Shown here piece by piece: positions 1-9,262 of a stretch of DNA of 64,000 bases. Positions within the stretch are counted from its first letter, which is position 1; each line of letters starts with the position of its first letter. Source of the DNA: Escherichia phage vB_VIPECOOM01; the sequence record OQ721909, one strand, 5' to 3'. The notes under the pieces were generated by a model. That model was not told the DNA's origin. It searched no databases and saw only the letters and a list, made by a program, of their open reading frames with translations. The position numbers were made by a program, and so were the translations under genes.

Positions 1-2178
1 TTAGGCCGCAAGGGCCTTCATAGTTTTAGCGATTTGGGAAACTTCATCATCACTTAAAGAGTTGCGATAACCGATGAAGTCGGAAACAATACGGAATTTC
101 TTGGTAAACTCAGCAACCATTTTATCACTGTTTTTTGAAGCATTATTTGATAATACATCAAAAAGATTAGTTACTGTCCAGATGTCATGACCGATGGTAT
201 CTTTTCCACCGTTGAAATATATCCCCCGCAATGAACTAACCATATTACCGAGTCGTGTATATTCTTCAGAAACTTCATCTGTACTGAAGTACTTCATCAT
301 AAAATCTAGTTCAGGATACTTGATAATTTTATCAATATATCGTTGAGCTGAACTTGAATAACCTACATACTTATCATAATCTACATCATCAAAAGCATCT
401 ACATATAAATCACGCAGAGTTTCAAAAATACATTGGCACTGACCAAGTTCTTTTACCTTTTTCTGCAAAAGCGGACGAATAACATAAAATTCATTAATGC
501 CAATAAGATTAGCCATACGAATCAAAATATTCGTAGATGGATGACAAAGCGATGTAGTACCATCCATAGAGAAAATATCAGAACGATGCATGTATGCTAC
601 ATAACCAGTAATTTCATCTGCTTCTGATGTGAGCGTAAACAATTCCTCTTTTTCCCAGCGCCCGTCTTTAATTTCAAACTTAAATGCAGTGGCAGTTTTA
701 GGACGAGGAGATGTACTTTTTACTGCCTTTGGAATATAACTTTTAACTAAAGCTTCAATTTCTGACAAATAATGAATGTTAACTTCATCACTTTCAAACA
801 TTGCCATAATATCAGGAAGCAAATCAATCTGCGATTCTACTTCCGGATTAATAAACAGAAGGCGTTCATTGTGATGAATATTTAAGGTGTTATTAAATTC
901 ACTATCATCTAATGCACGTGCTAATCCACGGACAATATTAACACGATTTTTAATATTATCAATAACAATATTAATTTTTGTCGTATTAATACCAAACAGA
1001 CGATAGCTTGACGCAACAGCTGAAGTTTCATGGCTTTGCTTAATGCGTTTCAGTCGAGGGTCAAGATTTACTTCATACACAACCCCTGCATTGCATAACT
1101 TACTGTCAGGTTCAAACATGCTTTGCATCTTTTTATATGACAGATTTTTAGTCGTGAATTTGACCGAATTACTAATCATATAATCTCGAGCAGAATATCC
1201 CATCTTCATCAATTCACGGTATGTATGACGAGGAGATGTAGATTCTTTAAATCGTTTTACATCTTCATTAAATGCCTTCTCACTGAGCTCTTTAACACGC
1301 TCAATAATATTTTTACGAGTACGATCATCTAATGAAAGAGCCTCACGCGATGGGGCAATATCAAGTGAACCCATTGGAAACTTAATGTAATTCACTTCAT
1401 TGCGGATGCTTAACCAGTTACGGTCTCTAATAACACCATCGATAGGATAAACAATACCGCCATAGATAGCATACAATCCACCACGATCTGGCCAGTATCT
1501 TTCTGGATTTACACCGTAATAGTCATCAAAATCCGGAAAATAATCAATTTCACGGTCAAGACCATTAATGATAGCCAAATCTTTGAATGGTCGCATGATA
1601 TAAGAAACTTCATAAGCAAAGTTTCTAAAGTCTTTTTCTTCAACTGGAACTACGATTTCAATACCAGTTTTATCGTTTGGACCCATTTCTTTTACGAATG
1701 TAGGTTTAATCTGCGGACCATCACCATCCATGTAAGCTACATAACCGCGAATTTCACCTTTATGGTACGAAGTAATACTGAACGTATCAGTATAACTAAA
1801 CGGAGATTTAGAACCTAAACCAAATCCACCAATGAAATCGTTAGATTCAGCCTTAGATGAACTAAAGTATGAATTATACAACCCAGGAGAATTATCATCA
1901 CCCTGAATATCAAAATCGCTCATACCCGGACCAAAATCTCGACAAACAAATCGCGGATCTAATCGTCCTGGAACTTGAATGATAAATTTTTCAGGATTTC
2001 CATTGAGAGCATGGGCATCAATCATGTTGGTAATCAATTCACGAACTACTGCGCGAATCTTGTTTGTATACAAATCAGATGACAGAATTTTAAATACTTT
2101 AGGAGATGCTGTGATGCTAAATGCCTTTGATTTAGAACCATTACCAAGAATTGTTTCTTTTTCAGTGGTGATAATCAT
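1..2178 (-). CDS. rIIA: rIIA protein
   Basis: 725-aa ORF, same length as T4 rIIA; ATG at 2178 checked; sits next to gene 39 at the conventional T-even map origin. Confidence 0.85.
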   Translation of the reverse strand: MIITTEKETILGNGSKSKAFSITASPKVFKILSSDLYTNKIRAVVRELITNMIDAHALNGNPEKFIIQVPGRLDPRFVCRDFGPGMSDFDIQGDDNSPGLYNSYFSSSKAESNDFIGGFGLGSKSPFSYTDTFSITSYHKGEIRGYVAYMDGDGPQIKPTFVKEMGPNDKTGIEIVVPVEEKDFRNFAYEVSYIMRPFKDLAIINGLDREIDYFPDFDDYYGVNPERYWPDRGGLYAIYGGIVYPIDGVIRDRNWLSIRNEVNYIKFPMGSLDIAPSREALSLDDRTRKNIIERVKELSEKAFNEDVKRFKESTSPRHTYRELMKMGYSARDYMISNSVKFTTKNLSYKKMQSMFEPDSKLCNAGVVYEVNLDPRLKRIKQSHETSAVASSYRLFGINTTKINIVIDNIKNRVNIVRGLARALDDSEFNNTLNIHHNERLLFINPEVESQIDLLPDIMAMFESDEVNIHYLSEIEALVKSYIPKAVKSTSPRPKTATAFKFEIKDGRWEKEELFTLTSEADEITGYVAYMHRSDIFSMDGTTSLCHPSTNILIRMANLIGINEFYVIRPLLQKKVKELGQCQCIFETLRDLYVDAFDDVDYDKYVGYSSSAQRYIDKIIKYPELDFMMKYFSTDEVSEEYTRLGNMVSSLRGIYFNGGKDTIGHDIWTVTNLFDVLSNNASKNSDKMVAEFTKKFRIVSDFIGYRNSLSDDEVSQIAKTMKALAA

Positions 2179-2188
2179 AATTTCCTCA

Positions 2189-2392
2189 TTAATTCATATT
2201 GCGTTTAATAACTTCAGCAACTTCTAGTAGTTCATCTTTAGTTGCGGTGTCGGATTGAATTTTATCTCTAATATCCTTAAAGCGGTTTTTAAACTCTTCG
2301 GCTTCTCCCATATCGAAAAAGCGTTGAATGATTCTATATTCTCGATGAACTGCTTTATCAAAAAGTTCTAAATTTACTTTATATGATTTCAT
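2189..2392 (-). CDS. hypothetical protein (rIIA.1 position)
   Basis: 67-aa ORF between gene 39 and rIIA; positional only. Confidence 0.5.
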   Translation of the reverse strand: MKSYKVNLELFDKAVHREYRIIQRFFDMGEAEEFKNRFKDIRDKIQSDTATKDELLEVAEVIKRNMN

Positions 2393-2417
2393 TTCAATAT
2401 CCTCATTTGCCCAATTA

Positions 2418-2447
2418 ATTATACCACATCCTTGTGGTAAAGTAAAC
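2418..2447 (-). promoter_or_regulatory. early promoter (-35 GTTTAC, 18-nt spacer, -10 TATAAT)
   Basis: Minus-strand reading GTTTACTTTACCACAAGGATGTGGTATAAT; near-identical copy at about 46893..46922. Confidence 0.55.
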
Positions 2448-4264
2448 TACTGGCTCATCCATTCTTTACGAAGGTCAGCATTATCTCCCATGAGCATTTC
2501 AAAAAGCTCTTTCCAGTTCTCAGGAAGTTTAACAACATCATATACTGGATTTTGAATCATCTCACGATATTCAGATTTTTCCAAAGAGCCAAGTCCCTTA
2601 ATATAACGGATGCTATGTTTAGGTAGAGCATCTTTGGCGCTCTCATATTCAGCGACTGTATAAAACCATTCTTGTTTTTTACCGACCTGAGCGATGATTA
2701 CAGGAGTTTTGACAAAGCGAATTCTTCCTTGTTCAAACAATTCTGGCCAATTACTGAAAAATCCGAGCAAAGAAGGATAAATGCTTCCTAGACCATCATG
2801 GTCAGCATCGGTCATAATTGCAATATTATGATAATTCAAGTTTTCAGCTTTTTCACCAAGAACTAATCCAGTGATTGCGCAAATATCAAATAGTTCTTTG
2901 TTTTTAAGCATATCAGCATATGACATGCCCCAACTGTTAAGAACTTTACCACGTAATGGATAACCACCATGAAGTTCTTTATCACGAACATCAATAAGAT
3001 ATCCGATAGCCGAATCACCCTCAGTCAAGAAAAGAGTAGTGTCAGCATCTTTACCACAAAGATTCGCTTTGATATGTTTATGAACCTTAGCTTTAGAGGC
3101 CTTTTTAGCTGCTTTAGTTTCTGCTGCCTTTTCTGCCGCCAATTTACGAGCCAAGGCAGCTTCAATGATTGGCATTAAAATTGCTTCATTATTCAAAATA
3201 GCACGTGAAATCTTTTTAGCATCAAGCTGAATATGACTACGGATTTCACCAAATGGAGAAGTCAAACGCTCTTTAGTTTGAGAGTCAAATCGCATGTTTT
3301 TCATATCACGAACAAACATAACGATAGTCAAACATTCTTTAACACGTGCTTTAGTTACATCAATTTTGAATTTACGTTTGATTTGTGGAATAAGGTCTTC
3401 ACAAATATCATCCATAACACAGTCAATGTGATGACCACCATTCTTAGTATGAATGTTATTAACGTACGTCAATTGACGAAAACCATCCGGTGAACGACCA
3501 ACCGCAATAGAACAGTTTTCTTGTTCTTGAACGATAGCATGCTCATCATATTGGCGTGCGTATTTCTTAAAATTACCCTGAACCTTTTTACCATTAAAGG
3601 TAAATTGAATATCAGGATAAACTACTGCAAGTGTCTGGAGACGATCTAGTGTAATGTCAAGATAAACTTGAGATAGCTCATTAGTTTCAAATGACATAAA
3701 ATCAGGAATGAAAGTAACGCGAGTTCCTTTCCATTTTCCAGGAATATCTTCCCATGATTTATTTTCCATGCCGTTTGAACAACGAACTACAATATTATTT
3801 TGACCGTCGCCAGTTTCACCGACAAACATCACAGAAAAAATGTTAGTTAAACTAGAGCCAACACCGTTCATACCGCCAGTGACGCGTTCTTTGTCATCAC
3901 CGAAGTTACCACCTGCTTTTGGAATAGTCCATGCAGCAACAGGACCAGGAATTTCTTCACCGGTAGGTGTTTTAACCATCGCCTGTGGAATACCACGACC
4001 GTTATCTTCAACTGTTACTTGATTGTTTTTAATAGTAACATTAATTTTATTCGCGAATTTAAACTTAGTACGAATACCTTCATCTACTGAGTTATCGATA
4101 ATTTCATCAATAAGCTTAACAAGACCAGGTACATACTGAACACTTTCCCATTTACCAAACAGAAAGCGCTCATGCATTTCATTAGCAGAAGAGCCAATAT
4201 ACATGCCGCTACGCTTTTTGATATGTTCAATATCGCTCAGAATTTTAATTTCATTCTTAATCAT
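2447..4264 (-). CDS. 39: DNA topoisomerase II large (ATPase) subunit, uninterrupted gp39 as in T2/T6
   Basis: GyrB-like ATPase/TOPRIM motifs (IDNSVDEG, GGMNGVGSS); 605 aa from ATG at 4264, track ORF starts one codon earlier at GTG; no gene 60 split. Confidence 0.9.
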   Translation of the reverse strand: MIKNEIKILSDIEHIKKRSGMYIGSSANEMHERFLFGKWESVQYVPGLVKLIDEIIDNSVDEGIRTKFKFANKINVTIKNNQVTVEDNGRGIPQAMVKTPTGEEIPGPVAAWTIPKAGGNFGDDKERVTGGMNGVGSSLTNIFSVMFVGETGDGQNNIVVRCSNGMENKSWEDIPGKWKGTRVTFIPDFMSFETNELSQVYLDITLDRLQTLAVVYPDIQFTFNGKKVQGNFKKYARQYDEHAIVQEQENCSIAVGRSPDGFRQLTYVNNIHTKNGGHHIDCVMDDICEDLIPQIKRKFKIDVTKARVKECLTIVMFVRDMKNMRFDSQTKERLTSPFGEIRSHIQLDAKKISRAILNNEAILMPIIEAALARKLAAEKAAETKAAKKASKAKVHKHIKANLCGKDADTTLFLTEGDSAIGYLIDVRDKELHGGYPLRGKVLNSWGMSYADMLKNKELFDICAITGLVLGEKAENLNYHNIAIMTDADHDGLGSIYPSLLGFFSNWPELFEQGRIRFVKTPVIIAQVGKKQEWFYTVAEYESAKDALPKHSIRYIKGLGSLEKSEYREMIQNPVYDVVKLPENWKELFEMLMGDNADLRKEWMSQ

Positions 4265-4291
4265 CACTTATCCTCGTTTGGTTTCGGGAAT

Positions 4292-4317
4292 ATTATACTC
4301 CAGTAATCATAAAGCTA
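4292..4317 (-). promoter_or_regulatory. MotA-dependent middle promoter for gene 39
   Basis: MotA box TAGCTTTA, 12-nt spacer, -10 TATAAT; directly follows the UUCG hairpin. Confidence 0.55.
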
Positions 4318-4319
4318 AA

Positions 4320-4331
4320 GGCCCGAAGGCC
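4320..4331 (-). terminator. UUCG-tetraloop hairpin
   Basis: GGCC-UUCG-GGCC on the transcript, immediately after the 4333..4605 stop. Confidence 0.55.
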
Positions 4332-4332
4332 T

Positions 4333-4605
4333 TTATTTAAAACGGATAGTCGAATCCTTGAAGAATAGACCAGAACATACTGTTCCTTCTACTTTCTGCC
4401 CGGTAGGTCCAATAGCACGAAATCCAGTATGCTGGAAATCATTTTCAGAGCAACCGAACCAATTATATCCAGTGATTTCAATATTAGTAAAACCACTTGA
4501 AGACAAAACTTTGGTTGCATTATCAGCATCAGTACATCCTACTAAAGATACTGCTAATACTAATGCCGCGATAGAACGATTAACATATTTCATAATTTCA
4601 CTCAA
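4333..4605 (-). CDS. small lipoprotein
   Basis: N-terminal signal peptide with lipobox LVGC; stop followed directly by a UUCG hairpin. Confidence 0.5.
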   Translation of the reverse strand: MSEIMKYVNRSIAALVLAVSLVGCTDADNATKVLSSSGFTNIEITGYNWFGCSENDFQHTGFRAIGPTGQKVEGTVCSGLFFKDSTIRFK

Positions 4606-4975
4606 ATTTAATGGCTTGAAGGAGACTAATAATTCTCAAGCGACTTCTTTCATCTTTAACTGTAAAAGAAAGAGGATCGCCAGATTTCATAGTGATGGTG
4701 CATCCAAAATCAAAATCTTCTGTAACTTCTTCGAAGAAGTCAAATTCTTCATCATAAATTAGAACATTACTCTGAAAACTATGAAGAATTTTTCCATCAT
4801 TTCCAGATGCTGTACTAATCATTGTAACATTATGGCCTTTCATATCTTCAACGATAAATTCGCTTGTAGATATTACAGTATTAATAGAACTATTCCTATA
4901 AATAGAAGAAAGTAGATATTTCTTTTCTTCACCTTCGCGAACACGATATTTCTTACCGATTTTAAACATAATCAC
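4598..4975 (-). CDS. hypothetical protein
   Basis: 125-aa ORF; track start codon is GTG, likely true ATG two codons in. Confidence 0.45.
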   Translation of the reverse strand: MIMFKIGKKYRVREGEEKKYLLSSIYRNSSINTVISTSEFIVEDMKGHNVTMISTASGNDGKILHSFQSNVLIYDEEFDFFEEVTEDFDFGCTITMKSGDPLSFTVKDERSRLRIISLLQAIKFE

Positions 4976-5148
4976 CCTTTAAGTAAGTCGTAAAATCCAC
5001 CATTCACATGCTTAGGAGCAGAAGGCCGACGAGTAGACAAACGATGACATTTAGGGCAAACATCATTTTCTCGTTCAGAAATCTTTTTAATTTTTTCATA
5101 TTCATGCCCACAATCTTCGGATTGGCATTTATAATCATACATTGGCAT
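4972..5148 (-). CDS. FmdB-family zinc-ribbon protein (58 aa), missing from the ORF track
   Basis: Hand translation MPMYDYKCQSEDCGHEYEKI...CPKCHRL; two CxxC pairs; frame checked, ATG 2 nt after upstream stop and TGA overlapping next start. Confidence 0.45.
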   Translation of the reverse strand: MPMYDYKCQSEDCGHEYEKIKKISERENDVCPKCHRLSTRRPSAPKHVNGGFYDLLKG

Positions 5149-5150
5149 AA

Positions 5151-5570
5151 TTATTCCTTAAAATGTGCTTTCAACATCTGATACAAGGACCATGCCTGTT
5201 CATTATTTTCAATAGTAACTTTCATTACCGGGAATTCTGTGAAATCTTCTATTTGTTCTTGCTCTTCCTGCTCTTGTTCTTCAGCAGCCTGATATGGATT
5301 TTCCACTTCATCAAAGAACTCAGCTTCGTTAGTAGAGAGCCAGATAAAGTTTTCGTCAATGACTGTACCACATGTTGAATATCCAATTGTACCAGTAGAT
5401 GTCACAATTTTAGTAGGACGCCCGTAATAGTCAACATCTAAAATTTTAAAAGGTTCCATACCTAAACGTCGTGCATAGATTCCGTTGTCAGTATGGTCTT
5501 TAATAAAATTTTCTTGAGCTTGTTTATTTTTAAATTGATACCATTTATTAACTTCAAATCTAATAGCCAT
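5151..5570 (-). CDS. hypothetical acidic protein (goF position)
   Basis: 139 aa with [10 protein letters not shown] acidic tract; positional guess only. Confidence 0.45.
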   Translation of the reverse strand: MAIRFEVNKWYQFKNKQAQENFIKDHTDNGIYARRLGMEPFKILDVDYYGRPTKIVTSTGTIGYSTCGTVIDENFIWLSTNEAEFFDEVENPYQAAEEQEQEEQEQIEDFTEFPVMKVTIENNEQAWSLYQMLKAHFKE

Positions 5571-5785
5571 TAATAAATTTCCTTCCAGTAAGTTGTGCCA
5601 TCTTCAGTAATTTCACGAAATACACCGTAAATCGGTTGTTTATCACCAACCTTTTCATACACATAAACCGAAGTCAAGTGAGTAAACTTAACAGTATGTT
5701 CCTTTTGAACCACTACCAAATCTGGATCGAATAATACATCTTCAAATTCGTCATTAGTGCATTTCTGAACAGTTTTACGTTTCAT
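5570..5785 (-). CDS. hypothetical protein (cef position)
   Basis: 71 aa, same length as T4 Cef; start overlaps upstream stop. Confidence 0.4.
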   Translation of the reverse strand: MKRKTVQKCTNDEFEDVLFDPDLVVVQKEHTVKFTHLTSVYVYEKVGDKQPIYGVFREITEDGTTYWKEIY

Positions 5786-5798
5786 TACAATTTCCTCA

Positions 5799-6068
5799 TT
5801 AATTGAACAGTGGAGCGATGCGTTTCAGAAGAGTAGCAGCACCTTTGGCGAATTTTACATCATGAAAAACAGTTTCTTCTTCCGTTACAACACGAACTTT
5901 AATGTTTTCACAATCCCAATTTTTACGAACAATCTTCAAAAGCTGCAGTAAATCTTTACATTCAGCAATATCGATAACACATCCACGAGAATCTTCCATT
6001 ATCGCACGATAACCGTAAGCCGTACCATAATCGTTGAAAGATTGCTCGATGATAATTAAGTTTTCCAT
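5799..6068 (-). CDS. hypothetical protein
   Basis: ATG at 6068 with GGAG SD; track ORF starts at upstream TTG; preceded by the conserved promoter-leader cassette. Confidence 0.5.
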   Translation of the reverse strand: MENLIIIEQSFNDYGTAYGYRAIMEDSRGCVIDIAECKDLLQLLKIVRKNWDCENIKVRVVTEEETVFHDVKFAKGAATLLKRIAPLFN

Positions 6069-6080
6069 TTTATTCTCCAA

Positions 6081-6165
6081 GTTGTTTTCTGTATCAGTAG
6101 TTGATATTGATATAGTACCATAATCAACTACTGATGTATATAGTTTTATGAAAAAATTTTAAACT
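6081..6165 (-). promoter_or_regulatory. conserved promoter-leader cassette, copy A (diverged)
   Basis: UP-like AAAATTTTTTCA, -10 TACTAT, leader ending TTGGAGAATAAAATG; shared with copies at about 24739..24830 and 51978..52062. Confidence 0.5.
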
Positions 6166-6663
6166 TTATGCACAGCGAGCTTTGCTATAGTGTTTAATCC
6201 AACTTTCAGGAATGACTTTGTATGTTCCTAAAAATACCGCATTGTACAGCTTAACACCGTCTTCTACCCATTGATCGGTAATGTATGCACACATAGCACG
6301 AGTACGACGTTTTTGAACAACCCCTTCCTCATCTTCGGTAAATTCGAATTCATAAGGAGCAATGAACTTAATAGCCTGACCGAGTTTCCACTTAAAGTCT
6401 ACACCTACATGCGAAGTATCAATCGTTTCAATTCCTTTAGCAGGAATAGCTTTCAAAAACGCAGACTCAAGAAATTTCGCACGAACATAGCCAAACTGAG
6501 GTTTAGACTTTCCATCTTTAGGAATGATACGCACTTTTACTTCAGAATCTTCATCTTTAACGCCGTGTTTAAGCTGAATGCTTACAATTTCGACCAATTT
6601 TCCTGCTGCTTTAGAACGGGATTTATCAGATACACGAGCAATTTCACCAATATTAATAATCAT
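6166..6663 (-). CDS. hypothetical protein, possibly MotB-like
   Basis: 165 aa, close to T4 MotB length and position; C-terminus shared with 6740..7279. Confidence 0.4.
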   Translation of the reverse strand: MIINIGEIARVSDKSRSKAAGKLVEIVSIQLKHGVKDEDSEVKVRIIPKDGKSKPQFGYVRAKFLESAFLKAIPAKGIETIDTSHVGVDFKWKLGQAIKFIAPYEFEFTEDEEGVVQKRRTRAMCAYITDQWVEDGVKLYNAVFLGTYKVIPESWIKHYSKARCA

Positions 6664-6739
6664 AGTTATCTCTCACTTGTTAAAAAGATTTTATACTCCA
6701 CGGGACCATTATACTCTGGTCCCAAGAGTTTGTAAACTA

Positions 6740-7279
6740 TTAATTCAAAATAGCTACCACTGCACTACGATGTACTACGCTAAAATCACCTGCATGAACA
6801 ACGTTCAGAAGTTCAACACCATCTTCAATCCACTGGTCTGTTACCCAACCACAGACCGAAATAAATGGAGTCTTGATAGCTACCGCACGAGTTAGAAGGT
6901 CAGTAGGATCGCATTCTTGAAAGAGGATGAACTCTGCTTCAAAAACTATAGTTTTAATTACTTCATCATTATCTAAACGGTGTACTCGAATCACGTAAGC
7001 TTTATTCTTATCATACCAGTTACTTTTTGAAAAGCTTTTAACCACAAACTCGCCTTCACCAAAAACATTAGTCAATGCTTTATAACCCAAATTTAGTTCA
7101 GTAGTTTTAATTTCAGTTTCAACCAGTTTGTAGGTTTTGCCGATTTCAATAGCGGTAGTCATAGTAGGTTCCTTAATTTCCAGTGGTTTAACAGGGCATA
7201 CATAAGTGCTTACAACATCAAAATCAATCAGTTTAGCTACCGGATTTGGTGTGTATTCAGGATTATAATTAAATTTCAT
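6740..7279 (-). CDS. hypothetical protein, C-terminal paralogue of 6166..6663
   Basis: Shared C-terminal motif DQW(I/V)EDGV(E/K)L(L/Y)N(V/A)V. Confidence 0.45.
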   Translation of the reverse strand: MKFNYNPEYTPNPVAKLIDFDVVSTYVCPVKPLEIKEPTMTTAIEIGKTYKLVETEIKTTELNLGYKALTNVFGEGEFVVKSFSKSNWYDKNKAYVIRVHRLDNDEVIKTIVFEAEFILFQECDPTDLLTRAVAIKTPFISVCGWVTDQWIEDGVELLNVVHAGDFSVVHRSAVVAILN

Positions 7280-7281
7280 AA

Positions 7282-7821
7282 TTATCTCATTTCAATAAAA
7301 TCTACAAGTTCAGCATGGGATTTACGGAACATTACTTGGTGCCCGCCAATGATAACTTCATCTTCAGGAACTTCGTATACAGCGAGATAAAATCCTTTAG
7401 AAGATAATTCTTCCCGCTCTTCTCGTGTGAACCATCTCATCATATCATATTCACTAGCGAAAGCAAAATGATAAAGAGCTATAAACCATCCTGGAATATG
7501 ATATTCTACTCCAACATAATCTTTCTTGAACTTAGTATTAATTACTATATTAGCGTTTTTAACTAACAGTTTATCTTCATGTGGTACAGGAATTCTTTTA
7601 TTATCATCACTATGATGCATAAAATTAGGTCTGTCATAACCTACGTGTAATAGCCACTCTTCACTCCATGAATCTATTATACTCCTGTATGGCGTTATTT
7701 GAACACAAAGATTTCGACGTATTGTTATAGCATCTTCATAATTAAGAATACTAAAAGATGATTCAACACGATAAATTTTCATTTTATTATCCTCAGTAGC
7801 TATGGTGTTATAATACCACAA
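7282..7821 (-). CDS. hypothetical protein
   Basis: 179-aa ORF tightly packed upstream of dexA. Confidence 0.45.
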   Translation of the reverse strand: MWYYNTIATEDNKMKIYRVESSFSILNYEDAITIRRNLCVQITPYRSIIDSWSEEWLLHVGYDRPNFMHHSDDNKRIPVPHEDKLLVKNANIVINTKFKKDYVGVEYHIPGWFIALYHFAFASEYDMMRWFTREEREELSSKGFYLAVYEVPEDEVIIGGHQVMFRKSHAELVDFIEMR

Positions 7822-7839
7822 CTAACCGAGGAAGTAAAC
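7806..7839 (-). promoter_or_regulatory. early promoter
   Basis: Minus-strand GTTTAC...TATTATAAC upstream of 7282..7821. Confidence 0.45.
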
Positions 7840-7845
7840 AACTTT

Positions 7846-8529
7846 TTATCGTTTTGTTGGAAGAGACAGAGGATCGCACTCTTCCTCTGACGGAGCATCT
7901 TCAAGACCCATAGCATATCGCAAAGCATACTTCATCATCAGGATGTCTTTCGCACAGTCATGAATAGAATCATGTGCAACGAATCCATCTAAAGTTCCCT
8001 TTGGAAGAGGACACGTGGTCATATCACGAACAAGCAGAAGTGCTTCAATTCTGGTACGAATATCACGCTGATTCCAGAATTTACAAGGTTCTAACTTAAA
8101 TGTGTCAAGTTCATTCTCAGAAACGCCATTAAGACGCTGAATATCGCGAATGAGATCGACTAAAATTGGAAAATCAAACGACATTCCACGGCACCAGCCT
8201 TGAGATTTCCAAGGATCGATGTTATGTGCATTAATATAATCATTAAATTTTGCAATACCATCGATAGTGCTTACATCTTCATCTGATGGCGCAATATTTT
8301 TTCGAGCTTCAGGAGACTGATTTTTCCACCATTCGATAGTGCTTTTAGTAAAAAGACGATGTCCTTTTTGGCTTTTTAAATCAAACTTGATTTTAATGCC
8401 GCGTGAAACTAATTCATCAAATGTTTCAACTACTTCTGGATTAGGGTCAAAGGCAATAACAGCTAAGTCAATAACAGCTGCTTTTTCACCGCTTCCCATT
8501 GTTTCAAAATCTATAATAAAATCAAACAT
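7846..8529 (-). CDS. dexA: exonuclease A (DEDDh-type 3'-5' exonuclease)
   Basis: 227 aa as T4 DexA; N-terminal FIIDFETMG exonuclease motif; ATG checked. Confidence 0.8.
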   Translation of the reverse strand: MFDFIIDFETMGSGEKAAVIDLAVIAFDPNPEVVETFDELVSRGIKIKFDLKSQKGHRLFTKSTIEWWKNQSPEARKNIAPSDEDVSTIDGIAKFNDYINAHNIDPWKSQGWCRGMSFDFPILVDLIRDIQRLNGVSENELDTFKLEPCKFWNQRDIRTRIEALLLVRDMTTCPLPKGTLDGFVAHDSIHDCAKDILMMKYALRYAMGLEDAPSEEECDPLSLPTKR

Positions 8530-8804
8530 TAAATTTTCCTCGCTAAATCGCGAATTTGACCTACAGTATAATCTTGGATATAAACTTTATTAATGGGCTC
8601 ATCAATAAATTTTGCCATAGATTCAATATCTTTTTGTATCTCTTCAAGACTGTATACTATCTTTAAAGCTTTTTCGCGAATAGTAACATTATCAGGTCCC
8701 GAATTTTCTTGAATGACAGCTTTAACATTTGTCATAAGAGATTTAAACTGATGCAAACTTAATTCAATCATTAATAACCGCCTTATAAAGATGGCTAATT
8801 TCAC
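8529..8804 (-). CDS. hypothetical small protein
   Basis: 91 aa; resembles the next ORF (LEEI...DY..G.I..L pattern). Confidence 0.4.
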   Translation of the reverse strand: MKLAIFIRRLLMIELSLHQFKSLMTNVKAVIQENSGPDNVTIREKALKIVYSLEEIQKDIESMAKFIDEPINKVYIQDYTVGQIRDLARKI

Positions 8805-9024
8805 CTAAAACGTAATCACTGATTGTAACAGTTTTCACTTCACCACAAAAGAATTCTAACGCAATCAAATCTCGTTCAATTTCTTCCAATTGAAGCATTA
8901 ACTTACCTGATTCAATTTTCACGTTTTTGCGATTTTTACTATAAGCTATTTCATAAATTTCGCTCACTTTATCTTGAAGCAGATAAAACTGGTCTTTAGT
9001 TATTTCCACGAATAGCTTCCTCAA
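8764..9024 (-). CDS. hypothetical small protein
   Basis: 86 aa, paralogue-like to 8529..8804. Confidence 0.4.
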   Translation of the reverse strand: MRKLFVEITKDQFYLLQDKVSEIYEIAYSKNRKNVKIESGKLMLQLEEIERDLIALEFFCGEVKTVTISDYVLGEISHLYKAVIND

Positions 9025-9256
9025 ATTTAATCAGCAGCTTACAGACACTTTCATCTAGCGTAATTACCGTATCTGTATTACTGTGATATGATTGTTTTTC
9101 AATTCGTTTAATTGCTAGTATAGTATCACTTATAAGATTAAGCTTATAAAGGAGCTCAGCTCCTGTTACCATAACACTGAGATTATCTTGCTTATCAGTA
9201 TGCTTCTTTATACCATCTATTAGACGATTTAAATATTTTGAATTGATGTTAATCAT
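8996..9256 (-). CDS. hypothetical small protein
   Basis: 86-aa ORF just upstream of dda. Confidence 0.4.
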   Translation of the reverse strand: MININSKYLNRLIDGIKKHTDKQDNLSVMVTGAELLYKLNLISDTILAIKRIEKQSYHSNTDTVITLDESVCKLLIKFEEAIRGNN

Positions 9257-9262
9257 ATATCC

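Noticed and set aside
433-627. Plus-strand ORFs nested antisense inside minus-strand genes (for example 433..627, 1979..2227, 25694..26047, 26225..26593, 29873..30289, 42928..43341, 52340..52741)
   Set aside because: They lie antisense within well-supported genes, have low-complexity or Cys/Phe-rich composition typical of AT-rich antisense frames, and lack an SD.
2189-4267. Gene 60 with its 50-nt translational bypass element, as in T4
   Set aside because: Gene 39 is one continuous 605-aa frame and no separate gene 60 ORF exists; the element is absent.
6166-6663. Firm assignment of MotB, goF, cef and pin by name
   Set aside because: Only length and position agree with T4 and I cannot recall the sequences well enough; kept as hypothetical with positional notes.
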